From NCBI GenBank assembly GCA_963765575.1, contig CAVXWZ010000002.1, positions 608,001 through 672,000 of the forward strand: a stretch of 64,000 nucleotides of DNA, read 5' to 3'. The position numbers and the translations under genes are program-made. Below the pieces are notes generated by a model. It was not told where the DNA came from, made no database searches, and saw only the letters and a program-made list of their open reading frames with translations. Below are positions 19,112 to 31,326 of this stretch, piece by piece. How positions within the stretch are numbered: the stretch's first letter is position 1; each line of letters opens with the position of its first letter. This stretch comes from an uncultured cyanobacterium. GTDB taxonomy: Bacteria; Cyanobacteriota; Cyanobacteriia; PCC-6307; Cyanobiaceae.

Positions 19112-20464
19112 TCAGAGGTAGGCCAGCAGCATGGAGATCAGGCTGCGCGCCTCATTCGAAAACAGGCCCTGGTGATGCACCAACCGGGAAATCTGTCCGA
19201 GGGTCATCCAGCTCAATGTCTCCGACTCGGGCAGGGGCTCGGCGTCATCCAGCAGGCAGATGCTGTAGCGCGCCACGGAACGGTAGAAGCGGCCACCCTC
19301 GTCGGAGTGGAGGTTGGAGAGCACCGGCACGGCCCGTCGGCTGAGCACCTCCAGCTGGTGCTCTTCAGGATCGAGGGCCGGAATCGGCGAGGGCGCACCG
19401 CCGGCATCCTGCACCGCCGGGCCGTACTGGAAGCCCTCCTGAAAGCCGATTTCCGGGCGGCAGCGGAACAGGACATGCAGCACCCCCCGGATCTTGCGGA
19501 CGAGCACCACAGCGGTGCCCTCATCGACCTGGGCCACCAGGGGCTGATCCCAGCTCTGCACCTCCCGCTCGCTGCAGGTCACCGCCACCTGCCGCACGTC
19601 AAAGCTGCCGGCTGGACCCAGCAGCCGCGGTTCCTCGCCGTTCAGCCAGCCCTGCTGATCGTCCAGGGGCACCACGCCCACGCTGAAGGGATGGGCGGCC
19701 CGCACCGCGCTCAACTGCGCCACGATGGCGGCGTCACTGGCGCACTGTTCGGCCTCACCGGCCTGAAAAGAACGCAGCAGGTCCTCGCCAAATCCCCCCC
19801 GACCACGCCAGCGCGCGAAGGGTGAGCCGGCAGCGGCCAGCGCGGTCCAGTCGGAGGTCGCCAGCACCGAGCGGGCATCGGTGTTGATCTGGAAGTCCGT
19901 CACCAGCAGGTCACACACCTCGGCCACCGGTGCCCAGTGGTAGGGGCCGTCGCAGGGGAGCTCGAGATCCTCGGGCACCTCCACGGTCATGTTGCGGTTG
20001 TACTTGCCGAGGAAGCGGGTGCCCTGCTCCGACTGCAGGCTGTCGGCGCGCACGCTGGCCACCGGGTCACCGGTGAAGTAGTTGAGGAAGGGGGTGGCCT
20101 TGCCCTGGTGGAGGCGCTGGTAGTTGCTCTTGGTGGCCTGCACCGAGGGCGCCGCCTGACAGAGGCCGATGTTGCCGGGTTCGGGCTTGGCCTGAATCAG
20201 CAGGTGGGGAACCCCGGCCCGCCGCTGCAGCAGAAAACCGAGGATGCCGATCTCGGGCTGGTTGATCAGGGGCTGGCGCAGGGTGACCGCCCCGCCGGCC
20301 GTGCTTTCGACCCCGACGATGCTGAAGAAACCACTGGAGTGGTGCCGCAGCGCACCATCGCGATAGGCCCATTCCCGCGACTCGCGCCAGGGGATTTCCT
20401 GCACAGCCATGTCACAGAGCTCGCGCCGACGCTCCAGCCAGGAGGACAGGGACTCGGGTGGCAT
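19112..20464 (-). CDS. NDP-hexose 2,3-dehydratase family protein
   Basis: Two-repeat architecture: HSSGFFSIVGV, QPLINQPEIGILGFL, QAKPEPGN, PSVQATKSNY, QSEQGTRFLGKYNRNM; second repeat REVQSWDQPL, HSDEGGRFY, SNEARSLIS. Confidence 0.88.
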   Translation of the reverse strand: MPPESLSSWLERRRELCDMAVQEIPWRESREWAYRDGALRHHSSGFFSIVGVESTAGGAVTLRQPLINQPEIGILGFLLQRRAGVPHLLIQAKPEPGNIGLCQAAPSVQATKSNYQRLHQGKATPFLNYFTGDPVASVRADSLQSEQGTRFLGKYNRNMTVEVPEDLELPCDGPYHWAPVAEVCDLLVTDFQINTDARSVLATSDWTALAAAGSPFARWRGRGGFGEDLLRSFQAGEAEQCASDAAIVAQLSAVRAAHPFSVGVVPLDDQQGWLNGEEPRLLGPAGSFDVRQVAVTCSEREVQSWDQPLVAQVDEGTAVVLVRKIRGVLHVLFRCRPEIGFQEGFQYGPAVQDAGGAPSPIPALDPEEHQLEVLSRRAVPVLSNLHSDEGGRFYRSVARYSICLLDDAEPLPESETLSWMTLGQISRLVHHQGLFSNEARSLISMLLAYL

Positions 20465-20542
20465 GGAGAACGGTTGGGGAGTGGGGTGGCCTGGACACAC
20501 CAGGCGCCGAAGCTAACCCGGCCCCCGCAGGGCGAAGCCGGC

Positions 20543-21638
20543 TCAGCTGGCCACGTAGGCCTCCACCGCGTCACCGAGCTGGCGCAGACGGGCCAGGGCA
20601 TCGCGCTCGAGGTTGCGCACCCGGTCACGGCTGATGCCGATGATGCGGCCGATGCCGGTGAGGCTCATGGGTTCGCCGCCCTCGGGCGCATCGGGGCAGG
20701 GGATGCCGTAGCGCATCTTCAGCACCCGCCCCTGCAGCTCCGGCAGCTGCTCCAGCAGCGCCCGCAGGTCACCCTTCAGGCACTCACCGTCCACCCGCTC
20801 ATCCGGCAGTTCCTCATCCCCGGCCAGCAGCTCCAGCAGCTCCGTGTCCTCACCGTCGCCCACCTTCGTCTCCAGGCTCACCGGCTGCCGCGCACGGCAC
20901 AGCAGGTCCTTCACCTCCTCCTCCGGCAGCTCCACGAACTCCGCCAGTTCCGTCACCGTCGGCGTGCGACCCAGCGTCTGGCTCAGCTCCCGCTGACCCT
21001 TCTTCAGCTTGTTCAGCGTTTCGGTGATGTGGATCGGCAGCCGGATCGTGCGGCTCTTCTCCGGCGATCGCCCGCGTGATCCCCTGCCGGATCCACCAGT
21101 AGGCATAGGTTGAAAATTTGTAGCCCCGCGTCGGGTCGAACTTCTCCACACCCCGCACCAGCCCGATCGTGCCCTCCTGGATCAGGTCCAGCAGTTCCAT
21201 GTTCCGCTTGGTGTATTTCTTCGCCACGCTCACCACCAGCCGCAGGTTCGCCGCCACCATCCGCTCCTTCGCCCGCCGGCCCGCCTGCAGCCGCTTCTTC
21301 AGCAGCAGCGGGCTCAGACCCGCCGCCGCCGCCAGCTCCACACCGCTCGGCTTGCTGCCGCCGGCCCGCATCGTCAGTTCCTGTTCGATCTCCTCCAGAC
21401 CCATCAGCTCCTGCACCTGGCGGCCCAGCGTGATCTCCTGCTCGTGGCTCAGCAGCGGCACCCGGCCGATGTCCCGCAGGTAGCTGCGCACCAGGTCGCC
21501 ATCGGCGGCGGGCTGGGAGCGGGAGGTCTTGGGGGCGATGGAGAGCTTGCGGGCGGGGCCGGAAGCCGCGGCAGCCGTGAGGCTGCTGGGCTGGTCAGTG
21601 CTGGGACGGTCCTGTACGGAAGCCAGTGCGGTAGTCAT
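20543..21638 (-). CDS. Group-2 sigma-70 factor (RpoD/SigA family), +1 frameshift at 21062-21065
   Basis: Region 1.2 [16 protein letters not shown], region 2 [13 protein letters not shown]…DLIQEG…[20 protein letters not shown], then after the frame change [11 protein letters not shown], region 4 [15 protein letters not shown]. Confidence 0.93.
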
Positions 21639-21748
21639 GGCGCTGGTCTTGAAGTTCCGTAAAGCCTAACCTGAAGAAGTGTGAACGCCTCTCATCTGAC
21701 TGTTCGGATTGCCGCGGCGGTCCCCGCCAGCGCTGCCGCAAGCCTGGC

Positions 21749-23156
21749 TCAGACACCGATCTTGGCCCGCAGCAGCCAGGCGGCGGTGGAGAGATAGATG
21801 AACACTCCGGCCACGTCAACCGCCGTGGTGATGAACGGTGCCGACATCAGCGCCGGATCCAGCCCCATGCGGTTGAACAGCAGCGGCAGGGAGGAGCCGG
21901 CGACCGCCGCCAGCAGGGAGATGGCCACCAGGCTCACCGCCACCGCCAGGGCCACCAGGGCGCTGCCCCCCATCAGCCAGGCCCAGGGGAACACCACGCA
22001 GGCCAGCAGCGCCCCGAGCAGCAACCCGGCCAGGGTTTCCCGTGCCACCGCCCGGGCCAGGCCCAACTGCTGGATGCGCTGGGTGCTGAGGCCGCGGATC
22101 ACCACCGTGGAGCTCTGGGCGCCCACGTTGCCCCCCGTGCCGATCAGCAGCGGAATGAAGGCGGCCAGCACCACCAGCCGCTCCAACACCGCCTGGTGGC
22201 CGGCGATCACCGCCGAGGTGCCGGAGTTGGCCACCAGCAGCACCAGCAGCCACACCACCCGCCGCCGGGCCACCGAGAACAGGCTGCTGCGGAAGTAGTC
22301 GTCCTCATCGCCCGCCTGCACCGCTCCCGCCGCATACAGGTCCCGCGTCGCCTCCTGCTCGATCACATCGATCACGTCGTCCACCGTCACGATCCCCACC
22401 AGCCGCTGCTCACGGTCCACCACAGGCATCGCCAGAAAGTCGTACCGCTGGATCGCTCGCGCCACCTCCTCCTGGTCCGTGTCCGTGCTCACCCTCACCA
22501 CATCCCGCGTCATCACATCCCCGATCCGCTCCTCCGGATCCGACACCACCAGGTCCCGCAACGACAAAATCCCCGTCAGGTGGCGCGACCCATCCGTCAC
22601 ATACAGCGAATACACCGTCTCCGTATCCCGCGCCCGCCGCCGCACCAGATCCAGCGCCTGGCGCCGCGCTGTGAAACTCCTTCAGGTCGATGAACTCCGG
22701 CGTCATCAACCGACCCGCCGTCTCCGGCGCATACCCCAGCAGTTGCGCCGTCACCCGACGCTCCGCCGGACTCAGTTCCGCCAGCAGCCGCCGCACCACC
22801 TTCGCCGGCAGTTCGTCGAACAGCCGCGCCCGGTCGTCCGGTGACATCTCCTCCACCAGCTCCAGCACCTCCCCCGAGCGCAGACGCTCCAGCAGGCTCT
22901 GCTGCACCTCCACCGGCAGATACTCATAAATGTCGATCGCCTCGTCCTTCGGCAGCAGCCGGAACGCCAGCGCCTGCAGCGTCCGCGGCAGACGCCCGAT
23001 CGCCTCCGCCGCATCCGCCTCCTGCACAGGCCGCAGCAGCAGCTTCGCTCCGTCGTAGTTCCCCGCCTGCAGCAGCGCCTCCAGCTGCGACGCCACCACC
23101 TCAGCGATGGGCGTGGCGCCGGCTTCGGCTCGGGTGGTCCCGGGGGTGAGGCTCAT
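21749..23156 (-). CDS. mgtE: Magnesium transporter MgtE, copy 1, +1 frameshift at 22661-22664
   Basis: MgtE N-domain (MSPDDRARLFDELP, YAPETAGRLMT), CBS pair, TM motifs FIPLLIGTGGNVGAQS and DPALMSAPFITTAVD. Confidence 0.92.
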
Positions 23157-24525
23157 GGTGTCGACCCCAGGCCAGGCAACAGCCAGCGGGCCGTGCGCAG
23201 GTAGATGACCACCCCGACCACATCCACGGCCGAGGTGATGAACGGTGCTGACATCAGCGCCGGATCCAGCCCCATGCGGTTGAACAGCAGCGGCAGGGAC
23301 GAGCCGGCGACGGCCGCCAGGGTGGTGATCGCCACCAGGCTGAGGCCGGTGGTCCAGGCCACGCGCAGATCCCCACCCACCTGCCAGGCCCAGGGCACCA
23401 CCGCTGCCATCAGCATCAGGCCCAGGATCAGGCCGGCGATGCCCTCACGCAGCACGGTGAGGCGGCGGCCGTTGATCAGCAGCTGCTGGGTGCTGAGGCC
23501 GCGGATCACCACCGTGGAGCTCTGGGCGCCCACGTTGCCCCCCGTGCCGATCAGCAGCGGAATGAAGGCGGCCAGCACCACCACCCGGCTGAGGATGTCC
23601 TCCTCACGGGCGATCACCGCAGCAGTGATGCTGTTGGCCACCAGCAGCACCAGCAGCCAGACGATGCGGCGGCGAACCACGGTGAACAGGCCGGTCTGGA
23701 AGTAGTCGTCCTCATCGCCCGCCTGCACCGCTCCCGCCGCATACAGGTCCCGCGTCGCCTCCTGCTCGATCACGTCGATCACGTCGTCCACCGTCACGAT
23801 CCCCACCAACCGCTGCTCACGGTCCACCACAGGCATCGCCAGAAAGTCGTACCGCTGGATCGCTCGCGCCACCTCCTCCTGGTCCGTGTCCGTGCTCACC
23901 CTCACCACATCCCGCGTCATCACATCCCCGATCCGCTCCTCCGGATCCGCCACCACCAGGTCCCGCAACGACAAAATCCCCGTCAGGTGGCGCGACCCAT
24001 CCGTCACATACAGCGAATACACCGTCTCGGTATCCCGCGCCCGCCGCCGCACCAGATCCAGCGCCTGGCGCCGCGCTGTGAAACTCCTTCAGGTCGATGA
24101 ACTCCGGCGTCATCAACCGACCCGCCGTCTCCGGCGCATACCCCAGCAGCTGCGCCGTCACCCGACGCTCCGCCGGGCTCAGTTCCGCCAGCAGACGCCG
24201 CACCACCTTCGCCGGCAGTTCGTCGAACAGCCGCGCCCGGTCGTCCGGTGACATCTCCTCCACCAGCTCCAGCACCTCCCCCGAGCGCAGACGCTCCAGC
24301 AGGCTCTGCTGCACCTCCACCGGCAGATACTCATAAATATCGATCGCCTCGTCCTTCGGCAGCAGCCGGAACGCCAGCGCCTGCAGCGTCCGCGGCAGAC
24401 GTCCGATCGCCTCCGCCGCGTCCACCTCCTGCACAGGCCGCAGCAGCAGCTTCGCTCCGTCGTAGTTCCCCGCCTGCAGCAGCGCCTCCAGCTGCGACGC
24501 CACCACCTCAGCGATGGGCGTGGCG
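22291..24525. repeat. 828-bp near-identical direct repeat (22291-23118 and 23698-24525), offset 1407 bp
   Basis: Compared by eye; only scattered substitutions (e.g. VVSDP/VVADP, QEADA/QEVDA). Two shorter shared blocks lie at the same offset: 22078-22176 / 23485-23583 and 21827-21913 / 23234-23320. Confidence 0.95.
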
Positions 24526-24569
24526 TGATTCACCCCACCGCGCTCAACCGAGCCGTTCGCCTCGCCCAT
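23153..24569 (-). CDS. mgtE: Magnesium transporter MgtE, copy 2, +1 frameshift at 24068-24071
   Basis: Same domains as copy 1; its stop overlaps the copy-1 ATG (ATGA). Confidence 0.92.
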
Positions 24570-24665
24570 CGCCAGCTGCCACGGCGCTAGGAGTTTATGG
24601 GCCAGCGCCGGCCGGGGCGCAGGAGGCGACGGCTAGCGTCCGGGCTTCTGAACCGGATGCCGTCC

Positions 24666-25145
24666 ATGGGCGTGAACGTGAGTGATGTGGTGGTGCGCGA
24701 CGCCAAGGGCAGTGATCGCCGCCTGGGCGAGTGGGGCGGCCAGGTGCTGCTGATCGTGAATCTGGCCAGCCGCTGCGGCTTCACCCGCCAGTACGCCGGC
24801 CTGCAGACATTGCAGGACACCTACGGCCCCCGCGGCTTCAGCGTGCTCGGCTTCCCCTGCAACGACTTCGGCGGCCAGGAGCCCGGCACCCTGGCGGAGA
24901 TCCAGCAGTTCTGCTCCAGCACCTACGGCGCCGCCTTCCCCCTGTTCGACAAGGTGCACGCCAGCGGCGCCAAGAGCGAGCCCTACAGCACCCTCACCCA
25001 GGTCGAGCCCGCCGGCGATGTGGCCTGGAACTTCGAGAAATTCCTGATCGGCAAAGACGGCATGGTGCAGGGCCGTTTCAAAAGTGCCGTGGAGCCCGAC
25101 AGCGCCGAACTCACCGGCGCCATCGAGGCGGCCCTGGCCGCCTGA
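24666..25145 (+). CDS. Glutathione peroxidase family protein (Cys-type)
   Basis: LIVNLASRCGFTRQY, LGFPCNDFGGQEPG, WNFEKFLI. Confidence 0.95.
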   Translation: MGVNVSDVVVRDAKGSDRRLGEWGGQVLLIVNLASRCGFTRQYAGLQTLQDTYGPRGFSVLGFPCNDFGGQEPGTLAEIQQFCSSTYGAAFPLFDKVHASGAKSEPYSTLTQVEPAGDVAWNFEKFLIGKDGMVQGRFKSAVEPDSAELTGAIEAALAA

Positions 25146-25172
25146 ACGGCTCCAGCCGCCAGGGCAGGCGGA

Positions 25173-25523
25173 TCAGCCGGCCAGCCAACCCCGGCGCAGG
25201 CCGGCGGTGGTGGGCAGTTCCACCTGCAGCCAACGTTCGCCGCCGGGGTGAGCCCAGTGGCGCAGCACCCGCAGGGGCACCCCCGGCTGGGTGCGGCTGA
25301 TCGCTGGAGCCTGGTGGCGCGGCGCGCAGCGCAGGGCCTGCGGCACCACCGACAGCAGCGGCTCCCGGCTGCTCTGGCGGCGGCGCAGCTCGGGCAGGCG
25401 CCAGTCGGCACCACCGGCGGGCAGGCCGGCAGGTGCGACCAGGGCGAATCCCAGCAGGGCGGCCAGGCGCCAGGCTGATGGCGTCACGCGGGAGGGTGGC
25501 GTCACGCGGGAGGGTGGCGTCAC
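25173..25523 (-). CDS. Small secreted SH3-like domain protein
   Basis: Signal-like ALLGFALVAPAGLPAGGA, PLRVLRHW, WLQVE…RRGWL; directly downstream of gyrB. Start uncertain because of the repeat. Confidence 0.65.
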   Translation of the reverse strand: MTPPSRVTPPSRVTPSAWRLAALLGFALVAPAGLPAGGADWRLPELRRRQSSREPLLSVVPQALRCAPRHQAPAISRTQPGVPLRVLRHWAHPGGERWLQVELPTTAGLRRGWLAG

Positions 25524-25533
25524 GCGGGGGAGG
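25480..25533. repeat. 18-bp tandem repeat GGCGTCACGCGGGAGGGT x3 (third copy imperfect)
   Basis: Read directly; encodes VTPPSR repeats at the N-terminus of the SH3-like gene. Confidence 0.9.
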
Positions 25534-25561
25534 GGGTCAAAGGAAAGCGGGCGCGGCCATT

Positions 25562-27604
<2,043 letters not shown>

Positions 27605-27660
27605 CTACCACCGCTCCCCGGGGCCGACGGTGGCGGCGGCGGGCCTGGCAGGGTGGGGGG

Positions 27661-28620
27661 ATGGGCAGCCACCAACCGCTGGTGATCGTGCTGCTGGGCC
27701 CCACGGCCAGCGGCAAGACGGAGCTGGCCATCGCCCTGGCCAGGGCCCTCGATCTGGCGGTGCTGAACGTGGACTCGCGCCAGCTCTACCGGGGCATGGA
27801 CGTCGGCACCGCCAAGCCCAACCGGGCCCAGCGCGCCGCCGCCCGCCACGAGCTGCTGGATCTGCGCGAGCCCGACCGGCCCATCAACCTGCAGGAGTTC
27901 TGCGATCTGGCCCGCTCGGCGCTCGCCACGGAGTTCGCCCGCCCCCGCAGCGGGCCGCCGCTGGCCCTGCTGGCGGGGGGCAGCGGCCTCTATCTCAAGG
28001 CCCTCAGCCAGGGCCTGCAGCCGCCGGCGGTGCCGCCCCAGCCCGAGCTGCGCCGCCAGCTTGAGGCGTTGGGCCAGCCGCTCTGCCACCAGCTGCTGCA
28101 GGGCAGCGACCCCGCCGCCGCCGCCCGCATCGCCCCCGCCGACGCGGTGCGCACCCAGCGAGCCCTCGAGGTGCTGTATGCCACCGGCCAGCCCCTCTCC
28201 AGCCAGCAGCGCGCCACCCCACCGCCCTGGCAGGTGCTGGAGCTGGGACTGGATCCGGCCGACCTCAAGGAGCGCATCGAGCGGCGCAGCCAGGCCCTCT
28301 ACGACGGCGGCCTGGTGGCGGAAACCGAGGCCCTGATGGCGCGCTACGGGGCCGACCTGCCCCTGCTGGAGACGATCGGCTACGGCGAGGCCCGGCGCCT
28401 GCTGGCCGGGGAGTTGGAGCGCAGCGCGGCGGTGGCCCTCACCAGCAGGCGCACCCGCCAGTTCGCCAAGCGCCAGCGCACCTGGTTCCGCCGCCAACAC
28501 CGGCCGCTGTGGCTCAGCGCCACCGACGTGGCCGGGCAACTGCAACAGGCATTGCAGGAGATCGAAGGGCGTCTAGGGTGCTGGCAGAGACCCAATCGTC
28601 CGACTCCAACCAGCGACTGA
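27661..28620 (+). CDS. miaA: tRNA dimethylallyltransferase
   Basis: [51 protein letters not shown]. Confidence 0.96.
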   Translation: MGSHQPLVIVLLGPTASGKTELAIALARALDLAVLNVDSRQLYRGMDVGTAKPNRAQRAAARHELLDLREPDRPINLQEFCDLARSALATEFARPRSGPPLALLAGGSGLYLKALSQGLQPPAVPPQPELRRQLEALGQPLCHQLLQGSDPAAAARIAPADAVRTQRALEVLYATGQPLSSQQRATPPPWQVLELGLDPADLKERIERRSQALYDGGLVAETEALMARYGADLPLLETIGYGEARRLLAGELERSAAVALTSRRTRQFAKRQRTWFRRQHRPLWLSATDVAGQLQQALQEIEGRLGCWQRPNRPTPTSD

Positions 28621-29340
28621 ATGCCACCACGTCCCCGTTTTGACCGTCGTGCTCCCGTGCGGGAGCTGCCCAACATCAACGAACGCATCAACTATCCCCA
28701 GTTGCGGGTGGTTGATTTCGACGGCTCCCAACTCGGCGTGATCTCGCGAGCGGATGCGCTGACTGTGGCCAGCGACCGCGATCTGGATCTGGTGCTGGTG
28801 AGCGAGAAGGCTGATCCGCCGGTGTGCCGGATCATGGACTACGGCAAATACAAGTTCGAACAGGAAAAGAAGGCCAAGGAAGCGAAGAAGAAATCGCATC
28901 AGACCGAAGTCAAGGAGGTCAAGATGCGCTACAAGATCGATCAGCACGATTACGACGTGCGTATCGGTCAGGCCAACCGTTTCCTCAAGGCCGGGGACAA
29001 GGTGAAGTGCACCGTGATCTTCCGCGGGCGTGAGATCCAACACACAGCCCTGGCCGAGGTGCTGCTCAAGCGCATGGCCAAGGACCTGGAGGCGGCGGCC
29101 GAGGTCCAGCAGCCGCCCAAGCGCGAGGGCCGCAACATGATCATGTTTCTGAGCCCGCGCAAGACCGCTGCCGCCAAGGCCGCCGCCAGTGGCGGCTCCG
29201 GCGGCGGCTCCAGTGCAGCTGGTGCCGCTGGCAAAGGCATCATCCGCAGCAAGCCGCAGGTGACCAGGTCGGAGAGCGCCGCTCCAGCTGCCGCACCAAG
29301 TGCCGCACCAACAGCGCCCCCCAGCCCCACCGAAGCCTGA
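28621..29340 (+). CDS. infC: Translation initiation factor IF-3 with an Ala/Ser/Pro-rich C-terminal tail
   Basis: [54 protein letters not shown]. Confidence 0.97.
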   Translation: MPPRPRFDRRAPVRELPNINERINYPQLRVVDFDGSQLGVISRADALTVASDRDLDLVLVSEKADPPVCRIMDYGKYKFEQEKKAKEAKKKSHQTEVKEVKMRYKIDQHDYDVRIGQANRFLKAGDKVKCTVIFRGREIQHTALAEVLLKRMAKDLEAAAEVQQPPKREGRNMIMFLSPRKTAAAKAAASGGSGGGSSAAGAAGKGIIRSKPQVTRSESAAPAAAPSAAPTAPPSPTEA

Positions 29341-29354
29341 GAGCCAAGCCTGAA

Positions 29355-30161
29355 TCACAGGCGGCGGGCGAACAGCTCCAGCATCTGCTGCCAACCCTGG
29401 GCTGCGGCCTGGGGGTGGAAGTCGGCGCGCTGATCGCAGAGGAAACCGTGGCCGGCGCCGGCCGCCACGACCAAGCGGCGCTCCAGCTCGGGCCGGCGGG
29501 CCCGGTCGCCGGCCAGGGCCGCCTCGATGGCGGCCAGCTCTGCAGCGGGCATCAGCGGGTCCTGATCGCCCACCAGGCAAAGCAGGTGACCGGGGAGGCG
29601 CGGCAGCACCGCCAGGGTGGGCTCACCGCCGCCGGGGCGGAAGCTGGAGACCCGCGCTCCGTAGGCCGCGCAGGTGGCGGCCACCTCCGGCAAGGTGGCC
29701 GCGAGCATCGCCAGATGGCCGCCGAAGCAGAAGCCCACACAGCCCACGGGCCTGTCCAGGCCAGGCTGACGCTGCAGCCAGGTGATGGCGGCACGGGCAT
29801 CGGCGAGAAACGCATCGGCGCTCACCCGGTCGCGGTGCTCCCGGCCGGCGGCCAGGCCCGCCGCGTCGTAGCCGACATCGAGATCGGGGGCGCTGCGCGC
29901 GAAGATCGGCATCGCCAGGGCGGCGTAGCCGGCGGCGGCCAGGCGCTCGGCCACGCCGCGCACCCAGGCGTTGAGGCCGAACACCTCCGGCAGCACCAGC
30001 AGGGCGGCCCGGGCCTGCCGCTGCGTGGGCCGGGCCCACCAGCAGCGCAGGCTGAGCCCGTCCGGACCCGCCAGCTCCTGCCAGCCGGCCTCGACCCCAG
30101 CGGTGGCTGCGGCAGACGCGGTGGCCGGGAGATCGTTGCTGGAGGGCGGGCTGGAGGTCAT
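29355..30161 (-). CDS. Dienelactone hydrolase family protein
   Basis: LPEVFGLN, GCVGFCFGG nucleophile motif, GDQDP, AGHGF. Confidence 0.92.
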   Translation of the reverse strand: MTSSPPSSNDLPATASAAATAGVEAGWQELAGPDGLSLRCWWARPTQRQARAALLVLPEVFGLNAWVRGVAERLAAAGYAALAMPIFARSAPDLDVGYDAAGLAAGREHRDRVSADAFLADARAAITWLQRQPGLDRPVGCVGFCFGGHLAMLAATLPEVAATCAAYGARVSSFRPGGGEPTLAVLPRLPGHLLCLVGDQDPLMPAAELAAIEAALAGDRARRPELERRLVVAAGAGHGFLCDQRADFHPQAAAQGWQQMLELFARRL

Positions 30162-30313
30162 GGCGGGGGCAGCGGGGCTGGAGCAGTCTGAAATCGGCTG
30201 GCCGGGGCCGGGCTTCTGGCCCTGAACCGGCACACACTCCTATGCCAACGGGGGGATTGTCCCCGCCGGGGATGCTCCGTATGGTGAGCCCCAAACCCAA
30301 GGCCCGGCGCGGC

Positions 30314-31303
30314 GTGCGATTTCACATCCAGCAGGAGAGCGACATCCCCGCCTCGACCCAGCTGTACAACCAGATCTGCTTCGCGATCGCGGCCCGGCAC
30401 TACCCGCCTGGGCACCGCCTGCCCAGCACCCGTCAGCTGGCGATGCAGACGGGACTGCACCGCAACACGATCAGCAAGGTCTACCGCCAGCTGGAAACCG
30501 ACGGCGTGGTGGAGGCCATGGCCGGCTCCGGCATCTACGTACGCGATCAGCAGAAGCCGCGCCAGATCAAGCCACCGCCGGGTCCCCGCAACCGGGTGCT
30601 GCCCGACATCGACCGGGAGGTGCGTCAGAGCGTGGACGGCCTGCTGCAGTCCGGCTGCACCCTGCAGCAGACCCGCGACCTGCTCACCCGCGAGATCGAC
30701 TGGCGGCTGCGCTGCGGCGCCCGGGTGCTGGTGAGTACGCCGCGGGAGGACCTGGGCGCCTCGCTGCTGATCGCCGAGGAACTCACCCCCAACCTGGAGG
30801 TGCCGGTGGAGGTGGTGCCGATGGAGGAGCTGGAGGGTGTGCTGGAGCAGTCGAACAACGGCACGGTGGTGACCAGCCGCTACTTCCTGCAGCCGGTGGA
30901 GGAGATCGCTCGCCGCCATGGCGTGCGGGCGGTGCCGGTGGACCTCAACGACTTCCGCCACGAACTCGACCTGCTCAAGGAGCTGCGCAGCGGCAGCTGC
31001 GTGGGGCTGGTGAGCATCAGCCCGGGAATCCTGCGGGCCGCCGAGGTGATCCTGCACAGCCTGCGGGGCAACGAGCTGCTGGTGATGACGGCCACCCCCG
31101 ACACCGGCAGCCGGCTGCTGGCGCTGCTACGGGCCGCCAGCCATGTGCTCTGCGACCGTCCCAGCCTGCCGCTGGTGGAGCAGAGCCTGCGCCAGAACCG
31201 GGGCCAGCTGATGCGCATGCCGGTGGTGCACTGCGCCCAGAGCTACCTGGGCACCGCCACCATCGACGAACTGCGCAAGGAGATTGGGCTGCTGGCGGCC
31301 TGA
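30314..31303 (+). CDS. plmA: GntR-family regulator PlmA
   Basis: VRFHIQQESDIPASTQLYNQICFAIA…LPSTRQLAMQTGLHRNTISKVY; long cyanobacteria-type C-terminal domain. Confidence 0.85.
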   Translation: MRFHIQQESDIPASTQLYNQICFAIAARHYPPGHRLPSTRQLAMQTGLHRNTISKVYRQLETDGVVEAMAGSGIYVRDQQKPRQIKPPPGPRNRVLPDIDREVRQSVDGLLQSGCTLQQTRDLLTREIDWRLRCGARVLVSTPREDLGASLLIAEELTPNLEVPVEVVPMEELEGVLEQSNNGTVVTSRYFLQPVEEIARRHGVRAVPVDLNDFRHELDLLKELRSGSCVGLVSISPGILRAAEVILHSLRGNELLVMTATPDTGSRLLALLRAASHVLCDRPSLPLVEQSLRQNRGQLMRMPVVHCAQSYLGTATIDELRKEIGLLAA

Positions 31304-31326
31304 ATCAGGCCCGGTTCAAACAGGAA

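Noticed and set aside
22291..24525. Diversity-generating retroelement template/variable repeat pair, or CRISPR-like array
   Set aside because: No reverse transcriptase or cas genes, the differences are not adenine-specific, both copies are coding, and there is no repeat-spacer periodicity.
24666..25145. Selenocysteine-containing glutathione peroxidase
   Set aside because: The active-site codon is TGC (Cys) and there is no in-frame TGA.
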